The position numbers were made by a program, and so were the translations under genes. Shown one piece after another: positions 1-12,000 of a stretch of 64,000 nucleotides of DNA. Origin of the DNA: Sphyrna mokarran (lineage: Eukaryota); assembly GCA_024679065.1 (NCBI GenBank), contig JAGIQG010000009.1, forward strand, positions 92,132,001 to 92,196,000, read 5' to 3'. The first letter of the stretch is position 1, and each line of letters opens with the position of its first letter. Under the pieces are notes generated by a model. It was not told the origin of the DNA and did not search any database. It saw only the letters and a list, made by a program, of their open reading frames with translations.

Positions 1-374
1 CACAAACCACAGTGATCTCACTCTGAACTGCCTCTCAAACCATATTTTCCTTTTGTTGTCCAACCCTACGGTATGCTCCTTGCATGCTGTAATCTGCTGT
101 CTAAACACGAAAAGTGAATAACAGCTTGAGAACAGCATGTACAAACAGCTGTACAAATTGAAGTTTAAACATTGCTAGGGAAAATCTGCATTGCTAAGTA
201 TTTCCTCTTAGTGGGGAGTAAGGGGAATGTGGAAGTTCTGCCATGAAGCAGATAACATTGCCCCATTTAGGAATGAGTTGAACACATGTCAGGGAGAAGG
301 GACGGAGTGATATGGGACAGGGTGGAAAGAATAAATGGATTTGGAATAAGAACTCGTTAGGAGAAAGACAGAAA

Positions 375-562
375 CACTTGAAGTACTGTTCTCAGTTCTG
401 GCCGCCTCATCCAACTTGGACTACGGTGCTCAGTTCTGGCCGCCTCATCCCACATGGAGTACTGTGCTCAGTTCCGACCGCCTCATCCCACTTGGAGTAC
501 TGTGCTCAGTTCTGGCTGCCTCATCCCACTTGGAGTACTGCGCTCAGTTCTTGTCACCTCAT
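375..562 (+). repeat. 38-bp tandem repeat (about 5 units) derived from CR1 ORF2 sequence
   Basis: Units start at 375, 413, 451, 489 and 527 (consensus cacttggagtactgtgctcagttctggccgcctcatcc). The last unit runs into normal CR1 sequence. Confidence 0.9.
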
Positions 563-1048
563 TACAAGAGGGATGTGAAAGCTATTGAAAGGTGCAGAGG
601 AGATTTACAAGAATGTTGCCTGGATTGGGTGGCATGCCTTATGAGGATAGGTTGAGGGAGCTGGCTCTTTTCTCCTTGGAGAGACGAAGGATGAGAGGTG
701 ACCTGATAGAAGTGTATAAGATGTTGAGAGGGTGAATTCTTAGAGGCTTTTTCCAGGGCTAAAATTGTTGCTACAAGAGGACACAGGTTTGAGGGGATGG
801 AAATTGTGTTCAGAGGAGATGTCAGAGGTAAGTTTTTCACTCAGAGGGTGGTGGGTGAGTGGAATTGGCTGCCATTGGTGGTGTTGGAATCAAATTTGAT
901 AGAGTATTTTAAGAAAGTTCTGGATGAGTATATGGGACTTAATAGGATTGAGGGTTATAAGTAAGCCTTGTAGGTAGGGATATGATTGCTGCAACTTGTG
1001 GGCTGAAGGGCCTGTTTGTGCTGTAGTTTTTCTATGTTCTATGTTCTA
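375..1048 (+). mobile_element. 5'-truncated CR1 LINE 3' fragment
   Basis: [11 protein letters not shown] / ERVQRRF-type ORF2 end, plus the 3' tail gggctgaagggcctgtttgtgctgt…(ttctatg)n. Confidence 0.85.
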
Positions 1049-1554
1049 AACTAGGCCAATTAGCCAAGTCATGTGTTCGTTTGTTGACTGTTGTGAATAG
1101 ATTCTCACAAAACTGATGAAGAACCTTGGTGGAGACGTGCCAGAACATTATGTGTAATGAGTAATTCTATTCACGTGGGGGTAATTTGGTTCTTCAAGAG
1201 TGTAGATTCATCGAACACTAAAGGCACAACTTACAGTTGAAATGGTTATGAAACAATCAGAGTGCAGCCACAAGTCTTGAAAGTTACGTGAAATCTTTCA
1301 CTGTCCTATTTTTATATTATGAATTGTTTCAGAGGAAGTGAGATTGCAAAGGGGAAGGAATCTCCAGGCATACATTATACACATAGCCCAGCAGTCACTG
1401 ATGAGCCACAGACGTTTGTCACACAATTGAATAACGATGTCAGAAAATGCTGATGTCTTAACTCACAGGCCCCACACATAGAGAAAATTTCAATTTCGCC
1501 CAAAGGTGCGTGCATGAAGTCAGACACTCCTTGTTTGCAAAGTATCAACCAATT

Positions 1555-1745
1555 GCATGGCAAGGTGGCATAACGCCAGGGATCTGGGTCCGATTCTCAG
1601 CTTGGTTCACTGTCTGCATGGAGTCTGCACATTCTCCCCATGTTTGCATGGGTTTCTTCTGGATGCTCTGGTTTCCTCCCACAGTCAGAAAGACATGTTG
1701 GTTAGGTGCATTGGCCATGCTATATTCTCCCACAGTGCACCTAAG
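1555..1745 (+). mobile_element. tRNA-derived V-SINE (HE1-like) fragment
   Basis: V-domain core gagtctgcacattctcccc…ggtttcctcccacagtc…aaagacatg. Confidence 0.7.
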
Positions 1746-2512
1746 CAGATGCTGGAGTTCTCCTGAACTTTTCTTGTTTGATATCACCATTCTCTGGGGT
1801 GGTGGGGAGGGGGGGGGGTAGTCTGTGGCCACACATGATCTTTGCCATTTGGAGCTTTTTCCTGATGTGATCCCATGCTGTCATAATTAGTGGAAATTTC
1901 AAATGTGAGACAGCACAGGGATATCTAACATCAGCTGCCAACCAGCTTCTATGGCTAATGGCGACTCGATCAGTCTGGCAGTTGGACAGGGAATAATTCA
2001 AATTGCACGTAGAATCACAAAATCCCGATAGTGCAGAAGAGGCATTTGCTGAGGTCAGCAACTGTTACCACAGTGAGGAGGATTAGTCCCATTGCCACAA
2101 CAGGTTTAGTAGCCTCTAAGGATAGTTTCAGATAGCTGAATCTTTGCCTCTTTCTCCAATGAGGCAGCATCAATTCATCCGGTGCTTCACTGAAGGTATT
2201 GGGGCTCCCCTTATTCTTGAGGCCTGGCACTGATCTGTCGTCTTCCTGTCAAACCACAGCAGCATGATTCTCTCTGCATCCCCTTCTTCTGCTCACCCTC
2301 CTCCTCCACCACTGCCTCGTTCTTCTTTCCTCCTCACTGGAGGTTGTGTCTCCAACAGAGGCAGCAATTATTAACTGCCTCAGGCAATTTTCATACTCAT
2401 CTCTGTGTAATGGACTGGGATAATTTGATGAAAAGATCCTTCTGAGACACAGCAGAGTCCTCCTCATGGAAAATGTCCAATAGTGTCCTCTGTCCACTTA
2501 AGTGAGCAGTTT

Positions 2513-4850
2513 CCTTCAAATCATTTATATATATTACAAACAGCAAAAGTCCAGCACTGACCCATGAGGAATGTCACTTGTCACAGCCCTCCATTCAGAA
2601 ATGCACCCTTCCACTATCACCCAGTCTTCTTTGACCGAGCCAGTTTTGTATCCACCTTGCCAATTCACCTCTGATCCCATGCAACTTTACCTTCTACTCC
2701 AACCTGCCATGAGACACTTTGTCAAAGGCCTTACTGAAGTCCATGTAACAATGTCCACTGCCCTACCCTCATCAATCATTTTTGTCACTTCTTCAAAAAA
2801 CTCAATCAAGTTAGTGAGACATGACCTCCCCTTCACAAAACCATGTTGCCTTGCACTATTATGTCCACTCATTTCCAAGTCGGAATAAGTAACGTCTCAA
2901 GGAATCCTGACCAATAATTTCCCTATCACTGGCACAAGGTTTACTAGCTATGATTAGCTGGACTATTCTTGCTATCCATCTTAAACAAAGAAACAACATC
3001 GGCTCTTCTCCTCTGGGATCACCCCTGTAGCCAATAAGGATAGAAAGATTTATCTCAAGGCCCCAGTAATTTCCTCCCTAGCCTCTCTCAGTATTCTGGG
3101 GTATGTCCCATCAGGCCCTGGGGATTTGTCTACCTTAATGTTTCTCAAAAACCCCAATATCTTCTCCTTTTTGATCTCAACATGACTCAAACTATCTACA
3201 CATTCTATCTCTGACTTATCATCCAACAAGTCCTTGTCTTTAGTGAATACTGACACAAAACACTCATTTAATACTTTGTCCATTTCCTCCATGCTCCATG
3301 CATAGATTCCCTCCATTGTCCTTGAGTGGGCCAATCTCTCCCTGGCTATGCTTTTGCTCTTTAATAGATGTATAAAAAGTCTTGGGATCTTCCTTAGTTC
3401 TGCTGGTCAATGCTTTTTCGTGACTCTTTTAGCCCTCCTTACTTTTTGCTTAAGTTTCTTTCTGCTTTCTTTGTATTCAACATGTGCTTTGTGTGTTCTT
3501 GCTTCCTAGTTTTGACGAATGCTTCCTTTTTCTCTTTTACTAAGCTCACAATATCTCTCATTATTCACAGTTCCCAAAAGTTGCTATACTTATCTTTCAT
3601 CCCGATAAGAATGTGCCAGTTCTGAATCCCTATCAACTTACACTTGAAAGCCTCCCACCTGCCAGATGCTGATTTGCTTTCAAACATCTGCCCCCAATCG
3701 ACATTCTTCAGTTCCTGCTTAATATTGTTGTAATTAGCCTTCCCCCGATTTAGCACCTTAACTTGAGGATTACACTTATCTTTATCCAGCAGTATCTTAA
3801 AACTTACTGAATTGTGATCACTGCTCCTAAGAACAAAGAACAAAGAACAAAACAGCACGGGAAACAGGCCCTTCGGCCCAACGAGCCCGCGCCGCCACCC
3901 CTATGTTCCCACCTCTACCTGCAATCCCTGTCCATGTTTATAGATCTATGGATTGAAAACCAAATTTGAACCAATTTAGGGAGAATTTGTTTTGCCAATT
4001 AGTCTAATAGCACATCTTTGGGATGTGGGATGAAACTGGAGCACCCGGAGAAAACCCATGCAAACACGGGGAGAATGCGCAAACTCCCACAGACACAGGC
4101 CCCAATCCATGTATCTGCACAGCACGGCGATAGTCACTGAGCTGTCGTGTTGCCCATCAAATGGTCCAGGTCAAGCGTACACTGACGACATGAAGCACTA
4201 GGATACTCTCGAAAAGAAAAATCCAAGAGCAGCCTTGTCATGACCCATCGCGTGTATGCCCCTCATTAGACAACAAGGTGGACCAAAGCACCTGTAGGAT
4301 AAAAACAATTACATCAATATCATCTATTTATACACTTCCCAGGGACTCCCAAGGCTCATGATCCCTATTTTAAATCAGTTTTCTATATCCCTCCATTCCC
4401 ATTCTGTTCATGTGCCCATCTAAGTATTTCTTAAATAACTCCAGAGTGCCTGCCTCCACCACTTTACTTGGCAGTGCATTCCATACTCTCACCACCCTCT
4501 GTGTGAAAAAACTCCTTCTAGCATCCAAATTATACCTTACCCCCCTCACCCTAAGCCTGTGACCCCTCATGCTATTCGAGTCCATTGCTGCTTCTACTGA
4601 AACATAAACCATCTGGCTGGGCTCTTTCCACAATACCAGGTCCAGTATGGCCTCTTCCCTTCTTGGACTATCTATGTACTGTTTCAAGAAGTCCTCCTGA
4701 ATGCTCCTTACAAAATCTGCCCCATCCAAGCCTTTAGCACGAAGTGATTCCCAGTCAATAAAGGGGAAGTTAAAATCTCCCACCACTATCACCCAGTTAA
4801 TTTTACATCTTGCCAAATTCTAGCTACATATCTGTTCCTCAATTCCTACC
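2513..4850 (-). mobile_element. Older CR1 LINE (APE and RT remnants), interrupted at 3829-4587
   Basis: Minus-strand ORFs with [24 protein letters not shown] and VVGDFNFP motifs. Confidence 0.85.
3829..4587 (-). mobile_element. Young CR1 3' fragment whose 3' UTR includes an embedded SINE
   Basis: ORF2 end RGHRLRVRGVRYNLD..FFTQRVV..YRKLI. Near-identical to 58160-58905. Flanked by ctgctcct (3821-3828) and ctgcttct (4588-4595), a candidate TSD. Confidence 0.85.
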
Positions 4851-5826
4851 GGCAGTGGTTGTAGGTTCAGAAGCTGTTGCCTCTCTGTGGTTCACTCTAA
4901 CTTCTTGGCTTTTGCATTCAATTGTTGTAGTGTTGAAGTCCAAGATTCTTCCTATTTTGCTAAACACTCTGTCAAAATGTGAAGGATTGATGCAGGTGCA
5001 CTTTCAGGTTACTCGGTACTTGTGCATTATTTACAGCTATATTGTTTAGAACTGTTACTTTTTTAAATCAGCATTCATGAAAGCCCATCTTCTTATGCCT
5101 GCCCCGGGCTTGGGGTATGCTAATCTTCAGGTTAAATCATCACCAGTCAGCTCTCCTTCTTAAACGGGACTGCAGCCTGTGGTGATAATAGAATCATAGA
5201 ATCCCTACAGCGCAGAAGAAGGCCATTCGGCCCACTGAGTCTATACTGACCACAGTCCCGCTAGATCATATTCCTGGAACACCACTTATGTACCCTGCTA
5301 ATTCCCCTAACACTGAGGTCAATTTAGCATGGCCAATCAACCTAACCCACAAATCTTTGGATTGTGATTTTGGATTGGACCTGGGGCTTTTTTTTACCTA
5401 TTTAACTTTGAAATTGTTGGGATAGTTTGTTGGATTGGATTAAAATTTCCCCATGCTGGTGAGAGTTGCCATGATTTGAAATATCGTGTCTGAATAGAAT
5501 CCCGAGTATGGAGGATAGAGGGGGCCATTAGTGCACCGATTCTTTTTCACATATCTTTCACAGGGCCTCTCCCTTCTCCTTATGCCCGCACGTTTGCCAT
5601 GAATACCAACCCCTCCACCCACACCCCCGCGTAACCTACACGTCTTGGGAAACTAAGGGACAATTTAGCACGGCCAATCCAGCTAATATGTACATCTTTG
5701 GAGTGTGGGAGGAACTCGGAAAATCCTGAGGTATTGGGGCTGGTAATAATTTTACTCATGATTCTTGGAAAAACTATTTTACATTCCCATCGCCTGACCG
5801 ACAAGTCGATCTTGGACTGTGAGCCC

Positions 5827-5885
5827 GTTAACTAGGGAACTACTTGATAACCAGTGACGGCTCCGCAACTTCTGACTGCGATTGG
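5827..5885 (+). promoter_or_regulatory. MHC-type X1/X2/Y promoter module
   Basis: RFX-like GTTAACTAGGGAAC (5827-5840), X1-like CTTGATAACCAG directly followed by X2/CRE half-site TGACG (5855-5859), and Y box ATTGG (5881-5885) 26 nt after the X2 start. About 100 nt upstream of the leader ATG. Confidence 0.65.
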
Positions 5886-5979
5886 ACGGCAGAGATTCTC
5901 ACTCATCACTTGTGAATGAAGCTTCAAGCTCGCCTTTTGTCACCGAATCCCAATCTTACTCAGTCGGTCGCTGGGAGGA

Positions 5980-6046
5980 ATGGCAGGTGAAGTGCAAGGA
6001 GTGTTTCTGTCGCTTGCGCTGTGTTTCTATCGGGTTCAAACAGTTG
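5980..6046 (+). CDS. MHC class I exon 1 (signal peptide) MAGEVQGVFLSLALCFYRVQTV/G
   Basis: ATG at 5980, hydrophobic core VFLSLALCF, consensus donor G|GTAAGT at 6047 (phase 1). Joins to GG TCT CAT to give the canonical mature N-terminus GSH. Lies in a CpG-rich stretch just downstream of X2/Y boxes. Confidence 0.85.
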
Positions 6047-9000
6047 GTAAGTACCCCGTTGCGGGTGTTTCGAGAGCCAGGAACACAGATTCAAGTGGGT
6101 GTAGAGAGGACGTGGAGAAGGACGTTTTTTTTTACACAGAGGCTGGTGAGTTCTGGAATTTACTGCCCGAGTTGGGGCTGGAGGGAGAAACCCCATTAGT
6201 GCACCGGGATCGTGGACTGCAAGAGGCTTGTGGATCGCATCTGGTGTTTTTAGGGGACGGAATAATCTGTGCTGAACTGAGACGTATAACTGAGTGATTT
6301 CTCTCAGACTGGTCTGTTGTACTCTTGCAGCATTTTCTGTTATTTATCTTAGATTCCGTGTGTGTGCGTGTGTGTACCTGCTACCGTTGAGAAAGGCTTC
6401 GAGAAACGTTAGCTCTTTTCTCCCCTCACAGATGCTGCCAGACCTGCTGAGATTTTCCAGCATTTTTCTCTTTTGATTTCAGATTCCAGCATCTGCAGTA
6501 ACTCGCTTTTATTACGTGTGTGCCTGTGCAAGTCCCTCTGTCTATGTGTGTGTATTTGGTAATCCTTGCTCCAGGCGTAACACGTGGCATTTACTTTTCG
6601 CCCACATCCCGAAGTATTTTACAACTCCATCCCATATACATTCTTCAGAAAATGTGAAAACGAACCTTACAGGTCGGTACAGGCTCTACGTTGAGTGATT
6701 TGCTCAAAACATCTGGTTCTTCCGGCGCAGTCTTCCGCCATCACAATTTGCCATTTCATTCTGTATTTGCATTTCATGTCATATATTCTGTGATGCATGG
6801 CCCTCGAAGGGGCAGCCAAAAGCGTGTTATTAAAACTCACTTGTTGTTGTAGTGTGAATAAAAACTTAGCAACTAATTGGCTCACAGAACCGATTACTAA
6901 CATTCAACCGCCAAATCTGAATGGTGCCGGCTGACACAGTACATTAGTGTGTTTTTATATTTAGGGCTGCGAGTGACCTTGAACCATACAGCACAGAGGT
7001 GGCCATTCGTCCCATCTTGTCCATACCAGTCCTTGTACATCCAGGTGCCCTTTCTAACCCCCTCTTCCCGCACCTGGCCAAAGTTTATAGCAGTTAAGGT
7101 GAAAATCCAACTACCTTTTTTTTAAGATCGCAGGGTTTCTCCCTCCATCCCCAAACTAAGGCAGCAAATTCCAGAACTCACCAGCCTCTGTGTAAAAACG
7201 TTCTTCCTCATGTCCCATCTATACCTACTGCCACTGATCTTGAATCTATGTCCCTGGTTCTCCAATTCTTGACAAAGGCAAACAGTTTTATCCTATTCAT
7301 TCTATTTCTTCCCCTCAGAAATTTTGTACACCCGATCAAGTCTTTGTTCCAAGGGAAATGACTCCAATTTATCCAGTCTCTCCGAATAGCTAACTTTTCT
7401 AGACCTTCTTGTAATCTGTGTCATATTAAATACCAGTGCATCAATAGTTACAGTGACTGGGGTGAAGGATGGGGGGTTACATGAAGAGTGATATCAGGAG
7501 ACCAACACAGCACCAGGGCTCTTCTCCTTTATATTTGGACGGAAGAGACATGGTAACTACTTTGAAATGCACGATTTCATAGAAACATAGGGGTAGAACA
7601 GTGCATAGTGATTAGCAATGCTGCCTGATAGCATCAGGGTCATGGGTTCAGTTCTGGCCTTGGGTCACTGTCTGTGCAGAGTTTGCACATTCTCCTTGTG
7701 TCCACATGGGTTTTCTCTGGATGCTCTGCTTTCCTCCCACAGTCAAAGATGTGTGGGTTGAGTGTATTAGCCATAGTAAATTGACCCTAGTGTCAGGGGG
7801 ATTAGCAAGGTAAATATGTCTGGTGACGTGAATAGGGCCTGGGTGGCATTGTGTTCTTTACAGACTCGATGGACCGAATTGCCTCCTTCTTCATTGTAGT
7901 GGTTCTATAGAAAGTAGGAGCAGGAGGATGCCATTTGTCCCTGCTGTGCCATTCATCATGATCATGGATGATTCTCCAACTCAATAGCCTAATCTTGCTT
8001 TCTCCCCACAACGTTTGATTCCATGTGCCCCAAGTGATATATCTGAGCCCACCTCTTGAATACATTCAATTACTTTCCGTGGTAATGAATTGCATAGACT
8101 CACTGTTCTTTGGGTGAGGAAATTTCTCCTGATATCCATCCTAAATGGTCTATCCTGGATCCTCAGGCTGTGTGTCATGGATCTGGACACACCCAACATC
8201 GGGAACATCCTCCTGCATTTCCCCTGTCTAGTCCTGTCAGAATTTTATAAGTGTCTATGAGATCCGCTTCTCATTCATCTGAACTCCAAAGAAAACAATT
8301 CTAACCAAGTCAATCTCTCATCATACATCAGTCCTGCCAAACTGGAATTAGCCTGGTCAAACTAAATTGCACTCCCTTGACAGCAAGAGCATATTTCCAC
8401 AGAAAAGTAGACCAAAACTGCATACAGTAATCTAGGAATTTCCAACAGCTTCACAAACTAGGCTTTGGAAAATTTATCAACAATAATTTTCAGTTCAACT
8501 CAAGACACTGCATTATTTTAAACAGGGAGTGTTACCTCCATGAGGCTGCTTGCATTTCTTATAATTCTAACTTTGAAACCAAATATTTTGTCAACTGCAG
8601 TCTCATTGAGTGGGATGAAGAATTAGCATGATTTTATTTTCTCTGTCAAAGAGTGAAATGACCATACACCCACTCTCCATCATCCCACTTATGTAGAACA
8701 GCTTGAATAATTATTACTTCCCCAGGAAAGTATTGAATATGAAACTTTTCAATGCCTGTGCAAAATTTTTTTTAACACAATTTTGGTCATCTTTTAAATG
8801 TTGAGACACTTCTCAATCTCCTTCAAACGTGTTGTGGGTGCGATTGATGGCTGGCCTCAATTGTAAGTTACCATTGTTCTGTGATTCTGATGAAATAATC
8901 AGCGTTAGCAGATTCATCCCACAAACTGTAGTCTAATCACTCATTTGCCACAAAGACATAAGTAGCCAGACATAAGGGGAAACAGACAGCATGGGCTTGA

Positions 9001-12000
9001 ATAATAGCAGCGGTGACACAGTAGTTTCGAGGGAAGGCTGTACTGAATTGCAGCAATTTCCCTTGATCCGTAGCAGTGAACGGAATGCACCCAGTGAGAC
9101 CCCATTGTCCAGAGGGGGGAGGAGGGGGTATTTTTTACGTCTATGGATGGTTTCCGGCAAACATAAAGAGACAAGTGCAATTTACAAAGAGGATTTCCTG
9201 TAACATGTGGGTGGCTGATAACAAGCACACATACAGCAGATCGGCTGACAGAAAGTCCATCAGAAGTGTCTGAGGTTTCCTTAACTTTCAGTGTCATCCT
9301 GACTGTTGGCCACTAAGCCGGAGATTAAAAATAAGGTTTACATGAAGCCTAGACCGGGGAATTTGCAGACTACACAGAAAAATGGCCCTGTGGTTAATAG
9401 TGTTGAGGATAGCTGGCGACACCAGAATGACACCAATCAGAAATGCTCTCTTCGACCTTCTTCCCCCAGGAAAAAAAGAATACAAGTTTGGAAACAGATA
9501 CATGAACAGCTTTTTCCCTCCTATCAGACTTTTGAAGGGTCCTATCATATATTAAGTTGATTTTTCTCTTCTCCCTACCTGTAACTGCAACACTATATTC
9601 TGTACTCCATCCTTTTCCCTTGCCCCTATGTACTTTATGAGTGGTATATTTTGACTGTATAGCACACATGAAACAATACTTTTCATTGTATTCAAATATA
9701 TTTGACAACAATAAATCAAATCAATCAGTGGTTTGGTTGAATGGGCAGGAAGTAGCAAATAGAATACAATCTTGAAAAGTGTGAGCTTATGTACCTAAAG
9801 AGGACAAACAAAGCAAGGGAATTCTTAATAAATGAAGGAATATTGAGGATGAGATGGGGCAGAAGTGAGAGATCTTGGATTTCATGTCTGCAGGTTGCGG
9901 AAGGTGACAGGACATGTGGACAAGGTGGTCAAGAAAATGTATATAATGTTTTACTTCATTGAGCGAAGTATTGAATACAAAAACAGGAATGCCATGATAG
10001 CACTTTATAAAACTGGTTAAATCATAGCTAAAGTATTGTGAACAGTTCTGGTCACCAGAACATAGCAAAGATATAATTGTTCTGGAAAAAGTGCAGGGGA
10101 GATATGAAGAACATGGCCAAGGCATAACAATTGCAGCTATGAGGAGAGGTTGGCTAGGCTGGCATAGCTTTTATTGGAACATAGGAGCTAAGGGTAGCCT
10201 AATTGAGGTGGATGAGATTATGAAAGGTTTTTTATAGGGTGGACAGAAAAAACTAGTCCCCTAATTTAGGGGTCAATTACTAGGGGACATAGATTTAAGG
10301 TATTGGTAGAAGGATTAGGGGAGCCATGTGTAACAACTTTTTCACCCAGAAGGCACAGATTATAAAAACAGGGAAGCTATGCTAGAGGTTGTATAGGACT
10401 TTGCTGAGGTCAGAGGGAGGGTGCTGTGTGCATTTCTGGTCATTATCAGAATGAAGAGATTGCACTTGGAAGGTGTAAAGAGGAGATTTAAAGAGAAGTT
10501 AGGGAGGATTGGATTGTTTTCATTGGAACAGAGAATACTGAGGGCTGATCTGATTGAAGTATACAAGATTATGAGGGGCATGGACAGAATAGAAATACAG
10601 AAACTTAAAAACTCAAAGGGCTTTCAGCCCTTCAAACCTGCTCCACCATTCATCCTGATCAACAAATTCAATATCCTGATCCTCCTTTCCCATCATATCC
10701 TTTGATCCCTTTCTCTCCAAGAGCTGTACTAATTTCTTCTTGAAATCACATGAAGTTTTGGCCTCAACTAAATTTCTGTGGTAGTGATTTCCAGAGATTC
10801 ATCACCCTCTGGATGACAAAATTTCTCCTCACCTCAGTTTTAAAATGTTTACTCCTCATTCTCAAATTACAGCACCTAGTTCTGGACTCCCCCACCATTG
10901 GTAACAGCCTGGTAAACTTTCTCTACACTTCCTCTGTAGTAAGGACATCCTTCCTCAAATAAGGACACTGAAACTGCACACAAAACTCCAGGTGTCACCT
11001 CACTAAGCCCTAGATAATTGCTGTAAAATAGGAAAATGAATGGATAAGAAATATCTGTTTCCCTTAGTTGAAGGCTCAGTCACAAGGGGATACAAATTCA
11101 AGTTGAGTGGCAGGAGCATTAGGAAAGATGTGAGAAAAAATATTTTTACATAGAGAGTGGTGACAGTCTGGGATATGCTGCCTGGGAGTGAGTAGAGGCA
11201 GGTTGCTTCATGTACTTTAAAAAGTACCTGGATGATCACTTGACATGTCATAACATTCAAGGCGATGTGCCAAGTGGTGGTAAATGGGATTCGGAGGTAA
11301 GGTGTTTCACATGTGTCAATGCAGACTCAATGGGTAGTAGGACGCTTATACACTGTATGACTCCATGATTCTAAACTGGTGCATGTTTGAAATTCAATGC
11401 CTATGTTTGCCTATGAGTTGAGGCTCATTTAACTCATTTAAAATACACTTGGATCAGCACCTGAAGTGTTGTAAACTGCAATGTTATGGATTTGGTGTTG
11501 GAAAGCGAGATTAAAATGAGCAGCTAGTTCTTTTTCTTCCTCTTTTCTGGTTAGTGCAGACACAATGGGCTGAATGGCCTCTCTATAAATTCTCAATTTT
11601 TTAATTCTTCCATGCACGCTGAACACTTGTCATTTTTTATGCTATATGGTGTTAATGACTGTGAATCAATCAAAATCTGTGAAAAGCCAAATTCTGCTGT
11701 AGAGTTTCTGGTCATTGAAAATTGGACATAAGGACACAAACTACACAGTGTGAGTGCTAATACACTAATGCTACCAGTTTTCAAATCTGTACAATGTGAT
11801 TATGGCAGGCAGTGCTAGTTGTGTGATGTCCATATTGACGCTAAAGGAAACCTTTACAATTCGAATCAGTAGAAACTGCTCTTCACTAATCTGGCATAAA
11901 TAACAGCTATGGAGGAGATCAGGACACATCTCGTTATGACTGACATCAATGTATATTTTTTAATTCATTTTGGGACATGCCCATTCCTAGTTGCATCTGG

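Noticed and set aside
375-562. CRISPR-like regular repeats
   Set aside because: The units are contiguous with no spacers, derive from CR1 ORF2, and the DNA is vertebrate.
4370-4816. 148-aa ORF fusing an APE fragment to an ORF2 C-terminus
   Set aside because: Chance in-frame junction created by one CR1 inserting into another; not a gene.
8930-9440. Non-repetitive-looking stretch with several overlapping short ORFs (possible retroviral env or exon remnant)
   Set aside because: No recognisable domain and no consistent splice pair; it cannot be supported without a database search.
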